A stretch of DNA of 64,000 nucleotides from Bacillota bacterium (lineage in GTDB: Bacteria; Bacillota; Limnochordia; Darwinibacteriales; DTU012). This document shows positions 57,232 through 64,000 of the stretch, in pieces; the stretch's first letter is position 1, and each line of letters opens with the position of its first letter. The notes beneath the pieces were generated by a model. The model saw only the letters and a list, made by a program, of their open reading frames with translations. It searched no databases and was not told the DNA's origin. Location: assembly GCA_012520795.1 (NCBI GenBank), contig JAAYNP010000006.1:4673-68672 (forward strand), read 5' to 3'. A program made the translations under genes and the position numbers.

Positions 57232-57860
57232 ATAAGATGATCAAAGACTTCTTAAGGGGTCTGTGGGATGAACACCCAACTTTCCGGATTATGATCGGTA
57301 TGTGCCCGACCTTGGCTGTGACTACGGCTGCCATCAATGGGTTCGGGATGGCTGTTGCCACTACTTTTGTCCTGGTCTGTTCAAGCATACTGATCAGCGT
57401 ACTGAAGAAAGTGATTCCCGGGGGAGTTAGAATCCCTGCTTATATCATTGTCATTGCGACCTTTGTTACAACCGTCGATTATATCATGCAGGCTTTTACG
57501 CCAGATCTCCACGAGTCACTGGGAGTATTTATTCCACTGATTGTAGTCAACTGTATTATATTGGGGCGAGCTGAAGCCTACGCGTCCAAAATGCCAGTTG
57601 TCTGGTCCGCATTTGATGCATTAGGGATGGGGTTAGGTTTCACCTGGGGATTGACTTTGATTGGTTCGATCAGGGAGTTGTTGGGCTCGGGAACTGTTTT
57701 TGGCTTTTCAATAATGCCTGATGGCTTTACACCGATTGCGATCTTGACCTCACCGCCTGGTGCATTCATAACACTCGGTGTTTTACTGGCATTGATGAAC
57801 GTTGTCAGCAGTAAAATATCTGAAAAAATCAAGGCCAAGCAACAAAGGGCTGCCAACTAG
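57228..57860 (+). CDS. rnfE: electron transport complex subunit RnfE
   Basis: NqrD/RnfE family membrane protein. Its start overlaps the rnfG stop. Confidence 0.85.
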   Translation: MNKMIKDFLRGLWDEHPTFRIMIGMCPTLAVTTAAINGFGMAVATTFVLVCSSILISVLKKVIPGGVRIPAYIIVIATFVTTVDYIMQAFTPDLHESLGVFIPLIVVNCIILGRAEAYASKMPVVWSAFDALGMGLGFTWGLTLIGSIRELLGSGTVFGFSIMPDGFTPIAILTSPPGAFITLGVLLALMNVVSSKISEKIKAKQQRAAN

Positions 57861-57872
57861 GGGGAGAACAGC

Positions 57873-58445
57873 GTGGAGTACTTGTTATTGTTTATTGGTA
57901 CTGTGATTGTCAATAATTTTGTGCTGGTACAGTTTTTGGGCATCTGTCCATTTATAGGGGTTTCCAAGCAGGTTTCAACCTCGATCGGCATGGGCATTGC
58001 GACCACCTTTGTCATGGTCATGGCTGCCCTGGCGTCCTGGCTGATTCAGCATTTCATACTAGTACCCTTAGGTTTGGAATATTTGCAGACATTGTCGTTC
58101 ATCCTGGTGATAGCAGCTTTAGTGCAGCTTGTTGAGATGTTTTTGCACAAGTCCATCCCCGGGCTGTACCGGGCTATGGGCATTTTCCTCCCCTTGATTA
58201 CGACCAATTGTGCTGTTTTGGGTTTGGCATTGAATGCTGTATTGCGCGATTACAATCTTGGTGAATCATTAGTCTATGGCTTTGGCGCTGGAGTCGGGTT
58301 TACATTGGCTCTAATCATGATAGCTGGAATCCGGGAAGAACTTGAATTTGCCGATATCCCGAAGCCTTTGAAGGGAGCAGCGATTGCCCTGATTACAGCC
58401 GGGTTGTTGTCGTTGGCTTTTAGTGGGTTTGCAGGAATGATCTAG
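57873..58445 (+). CDS. rnfA: electron transport complex subunit RnfA
   Basis: NqrE/RnfA family. VNNFVL motif. Confidence 0.85.
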   Translation: MEYLLLFIGTVIVNNFVLVQFLGICPFIGVSKQVSTSIGMGIATTFVMVMAALASWLIQHFILVPLGLEYLQTLSFILVIAALVQLVEMFLHKSIPGLYRAMGIFLPLITTNCAVLGLALNAVLRDYNLGESLVYGFGAGVGFTLALIMIAGIREELEFADIPKPLKGAAIALITAGLLSLAFSGFAGMI

Positions 58446-58459
58446 GAATTGGATAAGGA

Positions 58460-59299
58460 GTGAAGGCATTGTATAATTCCCTTGTCGCATTAGCAAGCAT
58501 GGGTGGATTAGGGATTATTCTATCGGTTGGGCTTGTAATCGCCGCCAAGAAATTTTCGGTGGAAGTTGACGAGCGAATCGAAGAAATAGAGATTGCTCTG
58601 CCTGGCGTCAACTGCGGGGCGTGCGGGTTTGCCGGATGCCGCAGTTTGGCGGAAGCGATCGCCGAAGGCAAAGCGCCGATTAACGGCTGTCCAGTGGGCG
58701 GAATTGCTGTTGCTGAAAAAATCGCCGAGATCATGGGTGCTGACAGTGGAAACGCGCCTGAACGCAAAGTAGCCCAAGTTCTCTGTAGAGGTGGCTGTGC
58801 AGAAGCGGCACAGCGGGCAGAATATGATGGGCCTAACGACTGCCGGATTATGAATACAACCCAAGGCGGCGACAAAGGCTGCACATATGGCTGCCTTGGC
58901 GGAGGTACTTGTGTTGAGGTTTGCCCGTTTAATGCCATGTATATGGATGAGAACGGATTGCCGGTTGTGATTGAGGAGAAATGCACCGGGTGCGGCAAAT
59001 GTGTGGAAGCATGCCCTCGGGATATTATTATCCTTACCGGTGAGGAATATGGGGTCCATATCCGCTGCCGTTCATTAGCCCCAGGCAAGGAAGTGCGCCA
59101 AGTCTGTAAGGTAGGCTGCATTGCATGCCGGCGTTGTGAAAAGGAATGCCCTTGCGATGCAATTACTGTGACCAACAACCTTGCGGAAATCGACTATGAT
59201 AAGTGCACGGTTTGCCGCCGCTGTGTGGCAGTATGCCCAGTGCACACTATCGAAGAACAAGACGGGAAGCCAGAGATCAAAGCCAAGAAGGCCGGATAG
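58460..59299 (+). CDS. rnfB: electron transport complex subunit RnfB
   Basis: N-terminal TM helix followed by multiple 4Fe-4S cysteine clusters. Confidence 0.85.
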   Translation: MKALYNSLVALASMGGLGIILSVGLVIAAKKFSVEVDERIEEIEIALPGVNCGACGFAGCRSLAEAIAEGKAPINGCPVGGIAVAEKIAEIMGADSGNAPERKVAQVLCRGGCAEAAQRAEYDGPNDCRIMNTTQGGDKGCTYGCLGGGTCVEVCPFNAMYMDENGLPVVIEEKCTGCGKCVEACPRDIIILTGEEYGVHIRCRSLAPGKEVRQVCKVGCIACRRCEKECPCDAITVTNNLAEIDYDKCTVCRRCVAVCPVHTIEEQDGKPEIKAKKAG

Positions 59300-59318
59300 G
59301 AGTTTGAGGGATAATCCC

Positions 59319-60326
59319 ATGAAACACAGGCGTTATCTTATCTATGTCTTAATACTGCTGGCCATTGGCGGGCTGGTTGTCGGAGCGATTCTGGTCAAGA
59401 GGCCGCAAAGTGTATCGGTATCAAAATCGAAGTTCATTATGGACACAGTCGTGGAAATCAGGGCAACCGGTCTTGATCCCGAGGCGGCAATTGACGCCGC
59501 TTTTTTAGAGATGGAACGTGTAGAGCTGGTATTCTCCCGTCATCTCAAAGACAGTATCGTAACCAAGATCAACCAACAGGCAGGACAGTGGGTTACAGTC
59601 ACGGAGGAAGTGCTCGCTCTCCTGGGAAAAGCTCTTCACTACAGCGCACTGAGCAGCGGTGCCTTTGATATTACTATTGGACGGCTGGTTGACCTTTGGG
59701 GTTTTGGGACAGGTGCCAACCAGGTCCCAAATGAGATGGAGTTACGCCAGGCTCTAGGTAGCATAGGGTACCGTGGTGTGGAGGTAGATGCGAACGCTAA
59801 GCGAGTGATGATTCCTGCGGGGGCGAAGATAGACCTTGGGGGAATCGCCAAAGGGTATGCTGTTGATCAGGCGCAAAAAGTGCTGGAAGCAGCAGGAATC
59901 AAGAGCGGGATGATCTACGCCGGAGGAGACATTACCACAATTGGTGCCAAACCTGACGGCAGCACCTGGCGGGTCGGTGTCCAGCATCCCCGGGATTCTG
60001 CGAAGCTGATTGCTGTGGTAGAGTTGGAAAACAAGACAATTGTTACCTCAGGCGATTATGAACGTTATTTCATAGATAATGGGATTCGCTATCACCACAT
60101 AATCAATCCCCATACCGGGTATCCAACCCAGGGTGTGATTAGTGTTACGGTCTATGGGCCTGAAGCGGCCGATGCTGATGCATTGTCCACTGCGGTTTTT
60201 GTGCTGGGCATGGAGCGGGGATGCGAACTGATTGAGAGTCTGCCGGGTTACGAAGCAATTATTGTGGATCAGTCCGGAAACATATGGGTTTCATCAGGAT
60301 TGGCGGACGAGGTAGAACTGCGTTAG
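59319..60326 (+). CDS. apbE: FAD:protein FMN transferase ApbE
   Basis: ATG 59319 (MKHRRYLIY) with an N-terminal TM segment. ApbE family motifs (DLGGIAKGYAVD, GGD). Confidence 0.8.
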   Translation: MKHRRYLIYVLILLAIGGLVVGAILVKRPQSVSVSKSKFIMDTVVEIRATGLDPEAAIDAAFLEMERVELVFSRHLKDSIVTKINQQAGQWVTVTEEVLALLGKALHYSALSSGAFDITIGRLVDLWGFGTGANQVPNEMELRQALGSIGYRGVEVDANAKRVMIPAGAKIDLGGIAKGYAVDQAQKVLEAAGIKSGMIYAGGDITTIGAKPDGSTWRVGVQHPRDSAKLIAVVELENKTIVTSGDYERYFIDNGIRYHHIINPHTGYPTQGVISVTVYGPEAADADALSTAVFVLGMERGCELIESLPGYEAIIVDQSGNIWVSSGLADEVELR

Positions 60327-60381
60327 TCCATGTTTGCTTTGTCCGGATGCCGCGGAAATTAACGAAGTGGGAGCTGATACC

Positions 60382-61293
60382 ATGTATGATTTGGCGATTA
60401 TCGGCGGTGGTCCCGGCGGGCTCACCGCAGGGATATACAGCGGAAGAGCAAGATTGAAGACAACTGTCATTGATAAAGGGTTGCCCGGCGGGCAGATGCA
60501 GAACACTCTTGAAATCGAGAATTATCCTGGGTATAAGGTGATTACCGGCCCCCAGCTTTCAGAACTTATGTATGAACATATGCTGGAGTTTGGCGCAGAG
60601 TGGAGGCAGGCTGAAGCAGTTGGTGTCGACCTTTCCGATCGGATAAAAACAGTGACGTTGAATGATGGTTCGTCGGTCAACGCACGGGCTTTGATCATTG
60701 CCACCGGTGCCCAACCGCGTAAACTTAACGTCCCTGGAGAGCTGGAGTTTGCCGGGCGGGGAGTATCCTATTGCGCCACTTGTGACGGAGCTTTTTTCCG
60801 CAACAAAGAGGTTGTGGTGGTGGGCGGCGGCGACTCAGCGGTTGAGGAGGGAGTGTTTCTCACGCGGTTTGCATCGCAGGTAACGATTATCCACAGGCGG
60901 GATCAGCTGAGAGCGGCACCCATACTGCAGGAGCGGGCTTTTGCTAACCCCAAAATCCGGGTTATTTGGAATACGGTGGCCGAAGAAATAATCGGAGAAG
61001 CAAAGGTCAGCAAGGTGAAAATCAGGAATGTCAACACGGGTGTTGTTTCTGACTTGGATGCGGAGGGTGTATTTATCTATATCGGTTATTTGCCAAACAC
61101 AGAGTTTCTGCAGGGAACCGGATTACTGAATCCCAACGGGTATGTTGAGACTGATTCGACCATGGCTACCAAGGTTCCTGGTGTGTATGCCATAGGTGAC
61201 GTGCGCGCTGCGGCTTTACGCCAGATAGTGACTGCTGCCGGAGATGGGGCTTTAGCAGCCATGAGTGTTTACCATTTCTTGGAGTCATGGTAG
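60382..61293 (+). CDS. trxB: thioredoxin-disulfide reductase
   Basis: GGGPGG FAD motif, the CATC redox centre, and the GGGDSA NADPH motif. Confidence 0.85.
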   Translation: MYDLAIIGGGPGGLTAGIYSGRARLKTTVIDKGLPGGQMQNTLEIENYPGYKVITGPQLSELMYEHMLEFGAEWRQAEAVGVDLSDRIKTVTLNDGSSVNARALIIATGAQPRKLNVPGELEFAGRGVSYCATCDGAFFRNKEVVVVGGGDSAVEEGVFLTRFASQVTIIHRRDQLRAAPILQERAFANPKIRVIWNTVAEEIIGEAKVSKVKIRNVNTGVVSDLDAEGVFIYIGYLPNTEFLQGTGLLNPNGYVETDSTMATKVPGVYAIGDVRAAALRQIVTAAGDGALAAMSVYHFLESW

Positions 61294-61412
61294 CACCTGG
61301 AAAACGAAAACGGCCAGTCTAAAAAACAAAATATAGTAGAATAAAATGAGACGACTTAACCAATACTTTCATGTAAAGGGAAAATATTACGCATTGAACT
61401 CGGGAGGGAGCC

Positions 61413-62429
61413 ATGAAAGTCAGGTTCATCGTCTCATTGATTATCTCCATGGTGTTGGCCTTGATCATGTCAGCAAGTATTGTTGACGGGTTGGGCGCAC
61501 GTTACCTGAAATCCGGCCTGCGCGGGGAAGATGTCCGCATCTTACAGGAGTATCTTAGTGCTTTAGGCTATGACATAGCCGTGGACAGAATTTTTGGCCC
61601 GCAGACGGATAAGGTGGTTCGGCAGTTTCAAAAAGAGCAGGGCCTTGCAGTGGATGGCATTGTTGGGCCCCAAACCATTGCTGCACTGCAGCAAAGTGCA
61701 AGCTATCAGCGGATCCATGTTGTCACAAGAGGCGATACGCTGTCTCATATCGCCAAGGCTTATGATGTTTCTCTGTCAGAACTGATGGATCATAACCAAT
61801 TGACATCTACCGTGATCTATCCCGGTCTACAGCTCAGGATTCCCACAGCCGCAGTTGACCAGGAGTATATTGTCAAGCAGGGGGAAAACTTGTCTGTGAT
61901 CGCCAAAAAATTCGGCCTTACCGCATTGGATTTGGCTGCATACAACGGCATCAATGATCCAAACCGGATCAGAGTCGGTCAACAGCTGGCAATTCCTGCC
62001 GGCCCCGTTGAAGCTGTGGCGGCGACAGCAGCCGTCAACCGACCACCACGGTTCAATTGGCCGGTTTCAGGCCAGATCTCCTCACCTTATGGCTGGCGTG
62101 ATCACCCGATAACGAAGGTGCGGCACTTCCATGGTGGCATTGATATCGCTGTTCCCCAGGGAACTATTGTCAAAGCGGCCGCATCCGGAATCGTAATTCA
62201 GGCAGAGTGGATGGGCGATTACGGCTATGGCGTGGTAATCGATCATGGCGGCGGGTATACAACTTGGTATGGGCATAACACTCAACTGCTGGTCAAAAAA
62301 GGCGATGCAGTCAAAGCGAACCAGCCTATTGCCAGAGCTGGCTCGACAGGCCTTTCCACCGGGCCTCACCTGGATTTTCGGATCAAGTATAATCAGGAAA
62401 CCATCAATCCCCTTGGCTTGCTGCCATAA
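61413..62429 (+). CDS. peptidoglycan-binding (PG_binding_1 plus two LysM) M23 family metallopeptidase
   Basis: Signal anchor, a PG_binding_1 repeat, two LysM motifs, and a C-terminal M23 region (HGGIDIA, GSTGLSTGPHLDF). Confidence 0.8.
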   Translation: MKVRFIVSLIISMVLALIMSASIVDGLGARYLKSGLRGEDVRILQEYLSALGYDIAVDRIFGPQTDKVVRQFQKEQGLAVDGIVGPQTIAALQQSASYQRIHVVTRGDTLSHIAKAYDVSLSELMDHNQLTSTVIYPGLQLRIPTAAVDQEYIVKQGENLSVIAKKFGLTALDLAAYNGINDPNRIRVGQQLAIPAGPVEAVAATAAVNRPPRFNWPVSGQISSPYGWRDHPITKVRHFHGGIDIAVPQGTIVKAAASGIVIQAEWMGDYGYGVVIDHGGGYTTWYGHNTQLLVKKGDAVKANQPIARAGSTGLSTGPHLDFRIKYNQETINPLGLLP

Positions 62430-62431
62430 AG

Positions 62432-62457
62432 AAACGAGCAGTATCATCTGCTCGTTT
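62432..62457. terminator. bidirectional rho-independent terminator
   Basis: Perfect 10-bp stem aaacgagcag / ctgctcgttt with loop tatcat. Confidence 0.55.
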
Positions 62458-62505
62458 AACGTTTAGATGCGCTCATATTGAAACTATGCGAGTAGGGGGA
62501 TCCGG

Positions 62506-62772
62506 TCACTGCATAAAGCGCTTTAGTGCCTGCATGAGTTCTTCGATGGCATCGTCCTGGCCTTCTTCAATCGCCCGAAGCAGGCAGGTATGGCTGTGCT
62601 CTTCAAATATGATCATACCAACGCGATCCAAGGCAGCCCGCGCTGCAGCAACCTGCGTCAATACTTCAATACAGTTCTGTTCGTGCTCAATCATTCTTTG
62701 AATGCCCCGGACCTGTCCCTCCACTCTTTTCAGCCGCTGGATCAGCTTTTTCTTGCCTCCGTTGTCACCCAT
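62506..62772 (-). CDS. csoR: CsoR/RcnR/FrmR family metal-sensing transcriptional repressor
   Basis: 88 aa with the C-H-C ligand pattern (NCIEVL, HSHTC). Confidence 0.75.
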   Translation of the reverse strand: MGDNGGKKKLIQRLKRVEGQVRGIQRMIEHEQNCIEVLTQVAAARAALDRVGMIIFEEHSHTCLLRAIEEGQDDAIEELMQALKRFMQ

Positions 62773-62820
62773 AGCCGATTCACCTCTATGGTTTCATGAT
62801 ACCCGGTATGGGCATAGTTG

Positions 62821-63678
62821 TCAAATCGACTGATAGCGCAGGCTGAGTCCTGCTTCAGGGAGCATGCCCGATAGTGTTGACAATAGTCGCTGCAGCAAGC
62901 TGCGTTCTTTACGATATGTCCTGATGAAGTAGGAGCCTTCGATACCGGCGAGTTCCAAGGCCTTTTGCTTCGCTTCTTCCAGATCACCTATGGCATCAAC
63001 TAGACCTGCTTCCAATGCTTGCCTGCCGGTGAGAATCCGGCCATCGGCTACTGCCTCTACTTTCTCTCTTTCCAGAGCCCTTGCGTAAGCCACGTCTTCC
63101 ACGAATTGATCCCAGGCATCATGAATCAGTTCCGTCAAGAGTTCGGTTTCGGCTTCGGTAAGGGAGCGGAATGACGACAGGGTATCCTTGAATTCCCCTG
63201 ATTTAATTACTTGGATATCTACACCGAGTTTTTCATAGAGCTCAGCCAAATTGGCATTCTGCATAATCACTCCAATTGATCCGGTAAGAGTTGAACCATT
63301 GGCATAGATAAAGTCTGCGGCTGCTGCAGCGTAGTATCCGCCAGAGGCGGCTGTGTCACCCAGGGATGCCACCACTGGGATGCCCCTTTCGCGAAAGCGC
63401 AGAACTGCATGATAGAGTTCCTGGCTGGTGGCGGCAGATCCTCCTGGGCTGTTGATCCTCAGCACGACTGCCCTGATTTGCCCATCTTCTTGAGCTGCCC
63501 GCAGTTGATCCAATGCCGAATCGGCTCCTGTCAATGCTGATCCGTCAATTACTCCCTCAATGTGAATCAAAGCAATCCCAGGGCCCATCTGCACTCGATT
63601 CAGTCCCATAAGGACGACGCGAATTACTACTACCGCTAACAGCAACAGCAGGATAAATCTCCAAAACTTCCTACCCAT
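62821..63678 (-). CDS. sppA: signal peptide peptidase SppA (36K type)
   Basis: N-terminal TM anchor and a ClpP/crotonase-like fold with the serine region GYYAAAAADFIYANGSTLTGSIGV. RBS ggagg. Confidence 0.75.
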   Translation of the reverse strand: MGRKFWRFILLLLLAVVVIRVVLMGLNRVQMGPGIALIHIEGVIDGSALTGADSALDQLRAAQEDGQIRAVVLRINSPGGSAATSQELYHAVLRFRERGIPVVASLGDTAASGGYYAAAAADFIYANGSTLTGSIGVIMQNANLAELYEKLGVDIQVIKSGEFKDTLSSFRSLTEAETELLTELIHDAWDQFVEDVAYARALEREKVEAVADGRILTGRQALEAGLVDAIGDLEEAKQKALELAGIEGSYFIRTYRKERSLLQRLLSTLSGMLPEAGLSLRYQSI

Positions 63679-64000
63679 CCTGATTCCTCCGTTTAATAAT
63701 TTCCACTGCAGTTGGCAGGCTGACAGCCTTGGCATAGATCTGGTTGTTGGCGATCACGGGCTGCCAATACTGATCATGCCAGTGAATCAATATCATTTTT
63801 CCATTGACGGTGTAAATTCTGGGGATACGGCTGTTGATGGTGGTGCGGCGGGCGCGGACCTGGGCAACAGCGCCATATAAGCCAAGTGCATGTGGGTGTC
63901 CGGTCAGATCAACACAGCTTGAACCCATGGCAATTTTTCCGACGATTGGAAAATCTATGCCGTCAATCGATACTATATGAGGTGTGCGGGCTAGGTGCAG
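63671..64000 (-). CDS. metallophosphoesterase family protein (YfcE/MJ0936-like), C-terminal part only; the gene continues beyond the window edge
   Basis: Open to the right edge. The motif pattern GHLARTPHI...GSSCVD fits the C-terminal half of small calcineurin-like phosphoesterases. Confidence 0.4.
   Translation of the reverse strand: MHLARTPHIVSIDGIDFPIVGKIAMGSSCVDLTGHPHALGLYGAVAQVRARRTTINSRIPRIYTVNGKMILIHWHDQYWQPVIANNQIYAKAVSLPTAVEIIKRRNQDG

Noticed and set aside
59181-59318. The long N-terminal extensions suggested by the ORF track for apbE (59181), ogt (to 44240), the MFS gene (8937), purL (25374) and the 4341 ORF
   Set aside because: The extensions overlap upstream genes in other frames and lack RBSs. 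Internal starts with good RBSs and family-typical N-termini were chosen instead.
1-64000. CRISPR arrays, prophage, transposon or integron features
   Set aside because: I found no regularly spaced direct repeats and no integrase, transposase or recombinase-like ORFs. GC content and coding density look uniform, so no mobile element is called.

Overview
This 64 kb window is ordinary chromosomal DNA, about 50% GC, most consistent with an anaerobic Firmicute. It may be a diderm lineage such as Negativicutes, because it carries TolC-like, LolA-like and beta-barrel-like envelope genes. Coding density is high and mostly on the + strand. I found no tRNA or rRNA genes, no CRISPR array, and no transposase, integrase or other mobile-element signature.

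Recognisable blocks, in order:
- The tail of an HlyD adaptor gene followed by two tandem TolC-like genes.
- A small sugar-type operon: a secreted hypothetical protein, a class II aldolase, and a sensory-rhodopsin-transducer (ASRT)-like protein.
- An ECF sigma / anti-sigma operon on the minus strand.
- A short LeuA-family synthase convergent with isocitrate dehydrogenase.
- An MFS transporter, an FAD oxidoreductase, rapZ and a cold-shock gene.
- A circularly permuted cofactor-independent phosphoglycerate-mutase-like gene next to a phosphoglucomutase.
- A split chrA pair, then a TetR gene followed by an ABC importer that lacks ATPase genes.
- An MscS channel, a PatB-type C-S lyase, and the purE-purL-purF-purM-purN-purD operon with a structured leader.
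- A small leader ORF, a Mor-family regulator, a GH106-like glycoside hydrolase, a CBS protein, an AraC regulator, a Gfo/Idh/MocA oxidoreductase and a lipoprotein.
- glnS, a large secreted protein that fuses HEAT repeats to a PL1 pectate-lyase fold, ogt, and an M20 peptidase.
- A TGS-uridine kinase fusion, a B12-binding radical SAM protein, and a glutamate-synthase-domain protein.
- A four-gene envelope module: a secreted hypothetical protein, an M48 protease, a LolA-like lipoprotein and a beta-rich protein.
- trmL-rnfCDGEAB-apbE-trxB, a LysM/M23 peptidase, csoR, sppA, and a partial phosphoesterase at the right edge.

I see no obvious multi-gene defence or conflict system. The most unusual object is the single 523-aa ORF that encodes a cleanly circularly permuted iPGM (C-terminal part, short linker, N-terminal part). 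Next are the HEAT-repeat/pectate-lyase fusion, the ASRT-like gene in a sugar operon, a candidate Re-citrate synthase next to icd, an attenuator-like pur leader, and the M48/LolA-like envelope operon. All calls rest on reading the sequence and ORF translations by eye and on recalled motifs; no database search was run.
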